DNA of 64,000 nucleotides from Hyaloraphidium curvatum SAG 235-1 (Eukaryota; Fungi; Monoblepharomycota): NCBI GenBank assembly GCA_025558095.1, contig JAIVFI010000033.1, positions 496,001 to 560,000 of the forward strand, read 5' to 3'. Shown piece by piece: positions 56,487 to 64,000 of this stretch (position 1 is its first letter; each line of letters starts with the position of its first letter). The notes under the pieces were generated by a model. It saw only the letters and a program-made list of their open reading frames with translations, ran no database searches and was not told where the DNA came from. The position numbers and the translations under genes were made by a program.

Positions 56487-59400
56487 TCACGCTCCATCGG
56501 CTCCTGCATCGGCTCCCGCATCAGCTCCCGCGTCCACTCCATCCCCTCCAACGGCATCGTCCCCTCCCCGGCTCTGAACGTCCACCGCGCCCGCATCCGC
56601 GTCGGCCCCGTCGTCCGGCGGCGGCGCAGATCCGGCCGACCCGCCGCCGACGGCACCGGTGATCGCGTTCTTGAGCCTGTCGAGCTCCCCGCGCAGCTTG
56701 GAAAGCAGGTCCGGCACCTTGAGCTCCTTGCCCAGCTTGTTGACCAGGTCGGTGACGGCCGACATGATGCCGCCCGAGGAGCCGGTAGGGACCGACTTGG
56801 TCGTCGCGGGCGGGTTCTTGGGTTCGCCGGCCTCGCCCTCGCCGACGGTCGACCCCGAGTCGCTCGCGCCCTCGCCGCCCTCGCCGCCCTCGGAGCCTGC
56901 GGTGCCCTCGCTGTCCGACGCACTGTTGAAGACCCACGTCAGCAGATGACCGCGGCGCGCGAAGGTCGGATACCCACCCAGCCCTGGCCCCCGCGTCGTC
57001 ACCTGCACCTGATCCGGCGTCGTCTCCTCCGGCCCCTGCTGCCCCAGAGTCGTCCCCTCCGGCAGCGGCGGCGCCGGTGTCGTTTCCCCCTGCGGCACCG
57101 GAATCGTCGTCCCCGGCCTTGGCTGCGCCGGAATCGTCGTCCCCGGCGGAAGCTCCAGCGTCGTCTCCCCCACCCCCAGCGCCCGAGTCGTCGCCGCCAG
57201 CCGCAGCACCCGAATCGTCGCCACCGGCTGCGGCGCCCGCGTCGTCGGCCCCTGCGGATGCGCCTGAGTCGTCGCCACCTGCAGCTGCGCCCGAGTCGTC
57301 GCCACCAGCGGAGGCGCCCGCGTCGTCGCCGCCGGCTGCGGCTCCCGAGTCGTCGCCACCTGCCGAGGCACCCGAGTCGTCGCCACCTGCAGCTGCGCCC
57401 GAGTCATCGCCACCAGCTGCAGCCCCGGTGTCATCTCCCCCAGCGGAGGCACCCGAGTCGTCACCACCTGCAGCTGCGCCCGAGTCGTCGCCACCTGCAG
57501 CTGCGCCCGAGTCGTCGCCTCCAGCGGATGCGCCGGAGTCGTCGCCGCCCACGGAGCCGGAGTCGCCCGAACTGTGTTGGCAGAGCCTATTAGCAGTGCA
57601 CGGGGGCGGAAATAACGAGCCACGTACCCCGCGCCGCTCTGGTCGCCGACCGCCCCGCTGTCGTCGCCGCCGGATCCTTGGTCGCTGCATGAAGATGGTG
57701 AGCGACAACCTAAGCCAGAAGGAGGGCAGACCAACCTCGACCCAGCGCCCGAATCGTCGCCGCCCGCACCCGCACCCGAGTCGTCCCCGCCGGATGCGGC
57801 CCCCGAATCGTCGCCGCCCGAGGCAGCGCCCGAGTCGTCCCCGCCCGAGGCAGCCGCGCCCGAGTCATCCCCTCCCGCAGCAGCTCCAGAGTCGTCCCCG
57901 CCGCCGGCCGCGCCCGAGTCGTCGCCGCCAGATGTTGCGGCGCCGGAGCCATCTCCTCCCGCGGCTGCGCCCGAGTCGTCCCCGCCGGATGCGGCGCCGG
58001 AATCGTCGCCGCCGGAAGCTGCAGCGCCGGAGTCGTCCCCACCAGATGCGCCACCCGAGTCATCCCCTCCGCCTGGAGCTGCGCCGGAATCATCGCCACC
58101 TGCCGCGGCGCCCGAGTCGTCACTGCCGCCGGATGCCCCCTGGTCGTCGCCTCCAGCGGGTGAAGAGGCGCCCGAGTCGTCACCGCCCGCGGCAGCACCC
58201 GAGTCGTCGCCTCCTCCACCTGCGCCGGAGTCATCGCCACCTGCTGCCGCGCCGGAGTCGTCACCGCCCGCGGCAGCCCCCGAGTCGTCGCCTCCTCCAC
58301 CTGCGCCGGAATCGTCGCCTCCTGCAGCCGCGCCGGAGTCGTCGCCACCAGATGCAGCAGCACCCGAATCTTCACCACCTCCAGCGGCGCCCGAGTCATC
58401 GCCAGCTTCAACTCCGCCCGAATCGTCACCTCCCGCTCCAGCCACACCGGAATCGCCGAGGTTCTCGAACCCGTCCTTCCTGTCCTCCTCGATCGGGCCA
58501 CCGAGCTCGTTGCCGCCGACGATCTTGGGCCCCGAGTCGTCGTTGCCCATGTCGTCGCCGCCCGAGGATGCACCTTGATCGTCCCCGCCCGAAGCTGCGC
58601 CCGAGTCGTCGCCGCCCGAGGAGGCACCGGAGTCGTCACCGCCCGAAGCGGCGCCGGAATCGTCCCCGCCGGCCCCGGCACCTGAGTCATCCCCACCGGC
58701 CGCGGCGCCCGAATCATCCCCGCCGCCGGAAGCTGCGCCAGAATCGTCGCCGCCGGATGCAGCAGAACCAGAATCGTCTCCTCCAGCAGCAGCGCCCGAG
58801 TCATCTCCACCCGCCGATGCGCCCTGGTCGTCTCCCGCGGAGGCTGAGGCACCGGAATCGTCGCCGCCCTCCGCGGCGCCCGAATCGTCACCTCCAGCAG
58901 CTGCACCGCCCGAGTCGTCCCCTCCAGCCGACCCTCCAGAGTCATCTCCGCCGCCGCCGGAGCCGGAATCGTCCCGTCCCGCCGAGGCGGATGCGCCAGA
59001 GTCGTCGCCGCCGGAGCCCGAATCGTCTCCTCCAGCAGCTGCCCCCGAATCATCACCGCCGCCCGAGCTCGCGCCGGAATCGTCTCCCCCGGCCCCGCCC
59101 GAAGACCCGCCGGAGTCGTCCCCGCCCGAGTCGTCGCCTCCAGCAGATGCACCCGAGTCATCCCCGCCAGAAGATGCGCCGGCGCCAGAGTCGTCTCCTC
59201 CGCCCGAGGATCCACCCGAGTCATCCCCTCCCGCGGAAGCAGATGCGCCGGAATCATCTCCACCGGCGGCCGCACCCGAATCGTCGCCGCCCGAGCCTGC
59301 GCCCGAATCGTCGCCACTGCCTCCGCCCAAAGACCCACCCGAGTCGTCCCCGCCCGAAGAAGAGTCGTCGCCTCCGGCGGATGCACCCGAGTCATCCCCT

Positions 59401-61645
59401 CCCACGGAAGCAGAAGCACCCGAATCGTCCCCTCCGGAGGATGCGCCGGAATCATCGCCGCCCGACGATCCGCCCGAATCGTCCCCGCCCGCCGAGGCGG
59501 ATGCGTCCGAGTCGTCACCGCCGGACGAGCCTCCCGAATCGTCCCCACCGCCTCCGCCGGAAGACCCGCCAGAGTCGTCCCCGCCGGCAGACGCCCCGGA
59601 GTCGTCGTCTCCGCCGGAGGATGAACGGCCGCCCGAGGCTGCACCCGAGTCGTCGTCCCCGCCGGACGACGCACCGGAATCATCCCCACCGCCGGACGAG
59701 CCGGAATCATCCCCTCCCGCCGACGCAGACGCGCCAGAGTCATCGGCGCCGCCCGAGGATGCACCCGAGTCGTCTCCGCCGGCCGAGGCCCCAGAATCAT
59801 CTCCGCCAGCTGCAGCGCCCGAGTCGTCTCCCCCGGACGCGGCGCCCGAGTCATCTCCCCCGGCCGACGCCCCAGAGTCGTCGCCTCCGGCTGCCGCGCC
59901 CGAATCGTCCCCGCCAGAAGATGCACCAGAGTGGTCTCCCCCGGCAGATGCCCCGGAATCGTCTCCTCCAGCGGATGCGCCCGAGTCTTCTCCTCCCGCA
60001 GACGCACCCGAGTCGTCGCCACCCGCGGCCGCCCCGGAATCGTCCCCGCCGGCCGACGAGGTGTCGTCGCCGCCAGCGGAAGCACCGGAATCGTCTCCGC
60101 CCGACGAGGCGCCCGAGTCGTCCCCGCCGCCCGAACCGGCCCCGGAGTCGTCCCCACCAGACGACGAGCCCGAGTCATCCCCCCCGGCGGATGCACCCGA
60201 GTCATCTCCTCCCGCAGCAGCGCCGGAATCGTCCCCGCCGGCCGACGCGTCCGCGTCGTCGCCTCCGGCCGCGGCGCCCGAGTCATCCCCGCCTTCAGAT
60301 GCGCCCGAGTCGTCTCCACCTGCAGCGGCACCGGTGTCATCCCCACCCGCAGCCGCGCCCGAGTCGTCGCCGCCGGCAGCTGCGCCCGAATCGTCCCCGC
60401 CGGCGGATGTGTCGTCTCCACCGGCCGATCCGGCGTCGTCTGTCCCTGCGGAAGCACCCGAGTCGTCCCCGCCGGCGGAGGCGTCATCTCCCCCCGCGGA
60501 TGCCCCGGTGTCGTCGCCTCCCGCCGCGGCGCCCGAGTCGTCTCCCCCGGCAGATGCAGCGTCGTCGCCGCCGGCTGCCCCGGAATCGTCGCCGGCCGCT
60601 GTGCCGGTGTCGTCCCCACCCGCAGCCGCCCCGGCGTCGTCTACCCCTGCAGCGCCCGCATCATCTCCCCCTGCAGCTCCCGCGTCGTCTCCACCGGCGG
60701 CCGCGCCAGAATCGTCGCCTCCCGACGCAGCAGCGTCGTCCCCGCCCGCGGCGCCTGCGTCGTCCCCGCCGGCTGCGGCGCCCAAGTCGTCACCGCCCGG
60801 GGATGCGGCCGAGTCGTCTCCGCCGGCTGCTGCGCCCGAATCGTCGCCCCCTGCGGCGGCCCCGGCGTCGTCTCCGCCCGAGGATGCTCCGGAATCGTCG
60901 TCGCCGGCCTTGGCCGCCCCGGAATCGTCCCCGCCGGACGAGGCTGCGGCGTCGTCCCCGCCGGACGAGGCGGCGGCGTCGTCTCCGCCCGTCGAGGCAG
61001 CGGTTTCGTCGTCGCCGGCCGAGCCGCCTGCATCGTCGCCGCCGGTTGAGGCCGTCGTGCCGGTGCTGCAAATCGTGTCAGCCCGTGCGCGCCCGCCGCC
61101 GCGGGTTGGAACCCACCTGCCGCCCGCCCCCGCGCCGGCCGCCTTGTCCTCCTCCTTCTCCTCCTTGGTCCGCGCCTTGCCGCCCATCTTCTCGTACTGC
61201 TCCGTCAGCTTGTCCGCCTGCGCGCGGGTCTTGTCGATGGCGGCCTGCAGCTCCGCCAGCTGGTCCTGCAGCGTCTCGATGCGGTTGCGCAGCTTCGGGT
61301 CCGGTTCGGCGGCCGGCGTCGGGCTGGGCGTGCTGTCGTCCGTGGGCGTGGCCGCCTCGTCGTCTGCGGCGTCCCCGGCCTGCGCGTCCTCCCCTGCCAG
61401 CGGGTCGCCTCCCGCCCCGTCGTCGTCCTGCCGCCGCCACAGCCGTCCCCACCGGCCCTGCCACCCCGCCGCCCGCGGGATCGCCACGGCCGGCAGCAGC
61501 ACGCCCTCCGCGCCCCGCGGCGCCGCACACGCCGCGAGCAGCAGCAGGCACAGCGCCGCCCACGCCGCGCCCAGCGCGCGCCCCTGCACAAAAGGAGGTC
61601 AGCGCGCACCCGCCGCCGCGCGCGATCGCGACCCACGTGGTGCAT
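56487..61645 (-). CDS. Very large secreted Gly/Asp/Ser/Ala repeat protein, (GGDDSGAAA)n
   Basis: Signal peptide ALCLLLLAACAAPRGAEG; dibasic RR|QDDD; coiled coil LRNRIETLQDQLAELQ; >100 ~9-aa units; amphipathic C-terminal helix; several short introns (near 61590-61615, 61066-61116, 57686-57735, 57571-57627, 56924-56978). Confidence 0.75.
57000..61040 (-). repeat. Coding tandem repeat array of degenerate ~27-bp units
   Basis: On the + strand, recurring gagtcgtc(g/c)ccgcc...gcgcc units. Confidence 0.95.
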
Positions 61646-62172
61646 TTTGGTTCCGGTACGCGCACGCGGCGCCATCTCCCCGGTCGGGCGCGTTGGGGAG
61701 GTGGGTGAGTGCTCGTGCGGCGGGCGAGTGGGTGCAGTGCGGCGTTCGCGGGTCCTCCACACCGTCGCCCCTGGCGAGCAAAAAGTCGGCGGAACACGGT
61801 CTCCGGGGGGCAGAGAAGCAGGAGGATGGATGGAAAGAAGATTGGATGGAGCTGAGGTGGTGGATGGCCGGGATTCGTCGATCGGGAGGACGCTGGGGGC
61901 GGAACGGCTTCCCAGGCCAGGGGCGAGGGACGGGAGCGAGGGCGGTGCCGTTCCGGCGCGATCGGACGATAAGCACGGCATAGGGAGCCCTTTGTCCGTC
62001 ATCCCATCACATTTCCATCGCCTCCGCCGGGCTCGTGCCCGGGCGCCACCCTCCCGTCCCGTCCCTTCGCCGCCCCGGCCAAACGCAGCTCGCCCCTGCC
62101 TCCCCACCGCCTCCATCTTCCCACCACGCCCCTCCAACACCTCCGCTGCGCTGCGGTGCCGCGCAGCGGCGA

Positions 62173-63302
62173 TCACGCCCCCTCCCCTTTCCGCCGCGTC
62201 TCCCTCCTCCCCTCGGGCACCCCGTTCTTGGTCCTCACCCTGCGCGACTGCAGCTCGGGTATGTCGTTCCTGTAGGCCTCGACCAGCTTCTCGTGGACGT
62301 ACCGGCCCGCGGGGCGGAGCTCGGGGTTGAGGTGGAGGAAGGCGAAGAGGAGGGCGTTGAACTCGGACTGGTGGCCGACGGCCCGACGAGCGCAGCGAGG
62401 AGGGACGGCGGGGTGCAACGGGAGAGCAGGGGATAGGGCGACGGATGGGAGTAGGAGGGGACGGCGGGATGGGCGGGGGAAGGGTGTCAGCTCGCCAATG
62501 GCAGCCCTCGCTCCGCGCCCGCCCACGGTACCTCAAACTTCCACCTCGTCCCCCTGTACTCCTCCCTCCTGCAGTTTGCCTTTGGATAATACGCATACCT
62601 CGCCCTGAACTCGGGGTCCAGCCCGTCCACGTCCACCGAGTCGAGGTCGCACCGCACGTCCCACTCGGTCCACGGCCTGCCGGTGCGCTCGTGGTGGTAC
62701 CTGAACCGCGGCACGCCGTCGCGTTCGTAGCGCACGTTGGGCGGCGGCGGGGCGTACGGCGCGCGCGGCGAGGCGCGGGGGCGCTTGCGGGGGGAGCCGA
62801 GGGGGCGGGGTTTCGGTTTGGGCGGGGGGAAGTCCGGGGGGGAGTCCTCGCGGTCGGGGTCCTCGGGGGGCGGGGAGTGCCGCGGGAAGGGGTCCGAGAG
62901 GGGGATGCGGGTGAAGACGCGGGGCAGGCGGGGGCGGGGCGGGTCCGGGTGCGGCTCGAGGGCCGGGTCGTCGGGGGGCGCGCCCGGGGGCGGGTAGTAG
63001 CTGTAGGGCTCCTCGGGCGGCGGGGCGGCGTCGTCCGCGGGGGGCTCGCCGGCGGGCACGAAGTCGTCCTCGAGCACTTCGGCGGGCAGTTCGGTGGGCA
63101 GTTCGGCGGGGCCCTCGGCGGGCGCGATGGGCGGCGGCGACGGCTCCCTCTCCCCCTTTGTGGGCACCGCCGGGTCCGCCAGCCGCCCGAGCGACGCCGG
63201 CGCGAGCACGGAGCACACCGACGGCGGCGGCTGCCGCTTCCTTTTCGCCCGCGGCGGCGGCTCGACGGCCGCGGCAAGCTCGGACAGGCGGGGGTTGCGC
63301 AT
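62173..63302 (-). CDS. Pro-rich protein with a fungal conserved domain of unknown function
   Basis: Spliced (intron 62368-62531) VRCDLDSVD..LDPEF..YPKA..EEYRGTRWKFESEFN..LNP.L..VEAYRN..LQSRRVR; resembles a fungal domain I recall as IRCD.ESV..YPRA..Y.GNR..YE..CN..LNP..RSRRVR. Confidence 0.65.
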
Positions 63303-63599
63303 CGCGGGAAGGCGGCAAGGGGTTGTCTGCACCGCGGGCGGATTCGAAGCGGCCGAACACCCCCGCAACCTGACATACGTGATTTGTCTTTACATGGTGT
63401 TTGCTAGACTTTTGCGACGTAGCTTGACGGCTTGACGACAAAGGGCCGAGGCGGCCGTACACAGAATACACCCGAGTCCGAAAGAACCAATGAAGAACAG
63501 ATGACATGCATCGGCTGCGATTCCGCGGAACCTGTCAGTGTCGGTCGGGCAAGAAGGATGCTGCAGGGCCACAGACCTCTTTCCCGCCCATCCGGCGGC

Positions 63600-63931
63600 C
63601 TACGCTTGGTTCACGACGGGGCACGCCGACCCGTCGACCACGAGGACCTGTGCGTTGATCGAAGACCTGACAATGTTGCAGACGCCGAGGCACCAGCACG
63701 CGCCGGTCTGCAGGTTGGCGTAGTTCAAGCTCTTGGCGGCGCAGGCCGCGGCGCAAGTGTCGGGGGTGAACGAGGTGCCGGCCTGCCAGTCCTTGCCGGT
63801 GTCGTCGCAGGCGCGGTTCGCGCAGGGCGTGGGGACCGCGACGTAGCGCCGGTACAGGGAGGGCGCGCCGGAGCTGCCGTACGTGACGCACGCGACGTGG
63901 CCTTCAGGGGTGCCGGGGTACCCGAACTCGC
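63600..63931 (-). CDS. Last exon of a WSC-like domain protein (gene starts beyond the window)
   Basis: TPDTCAAACAAKSLNYANLQTGACWCLG; preceded by a CTAAC branch point and a CAG acceptor. Confidence 0.6.
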
Positions 63932-64000
63932 CTGCGGGGCCGGGGGGGAGAGGAAGTTAGTTGCGGCCGCCGGGCACGAGCAGCGCCGGGCGCACAGAGG

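Noticed and set aside
57077-61983. Long + strand ORFs of (ESSPPAAAP)n and other frames
   Set aside because: These are shadow frames of the GC-rich repeat; the signal peptide, coiled coil and splice signals are on the minus strand.
1-64000. tRNA or rRNA genes and a prokaryotic origin of the contig
   Set aside because: I recognised no RNA genes by eye (tRNAscan or Infernal would be decisive); pervasive spliceosomal introns show the contig is eukaryotic.

Overview
A GC-rich eukaryotic window with many short (about 50-65 nt) GT-AG introns and two likely GC-AG introns. A GT71 mannosyltransferase, an MCH-type transporter and a fungal-type conserved domain suggest a fungus, probably early-diverging; this is an inference. 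The ORF track fragments most genes, so I rebuilt them by splicing by eye. The first ~36 kb looks like a fast-evolving defence or recognition region. It holds five dispersed copies of a cytoplasmic 28-aa RNI-like LRR gene family: four are fused to a non-RD (HLDLK) TKL-type kinase and one is an LRR-only remnant, and three of the five carry frameshifts. It also holds a stonustoxin-like (MACPF/CDC) pore-former with an FN3 domain, a secreted V8-like protease with 8 EGF repeats, an orphan paralog pair and a truncated RLE non-LTR retroelement. Four secreted LamG-domain genes (23-50 kb) form a 2x2 mosaic: two near-identical head types combined with two tail types. From 36 to 55 kb lie bacterial-like metabolic genes with introns: TauD, an alpha/beta hydrolase, an SPL-like PLP enzyme, a cupin and two alkylsulfatases. 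The window ends with a ~5 kb secreted (GGDDSGAAA)n protein, a fungal conserved-domain gene and a partial WSC-type gene. Best candidates for an undescribed system: (1) LRR-non-RD kinase sensors plus an SNTX-like pore-former as a fungal innate-immunity module; (2) head/tail cassette exchange in the LamG family. Family assignments rest on motif recognition, not database searches.
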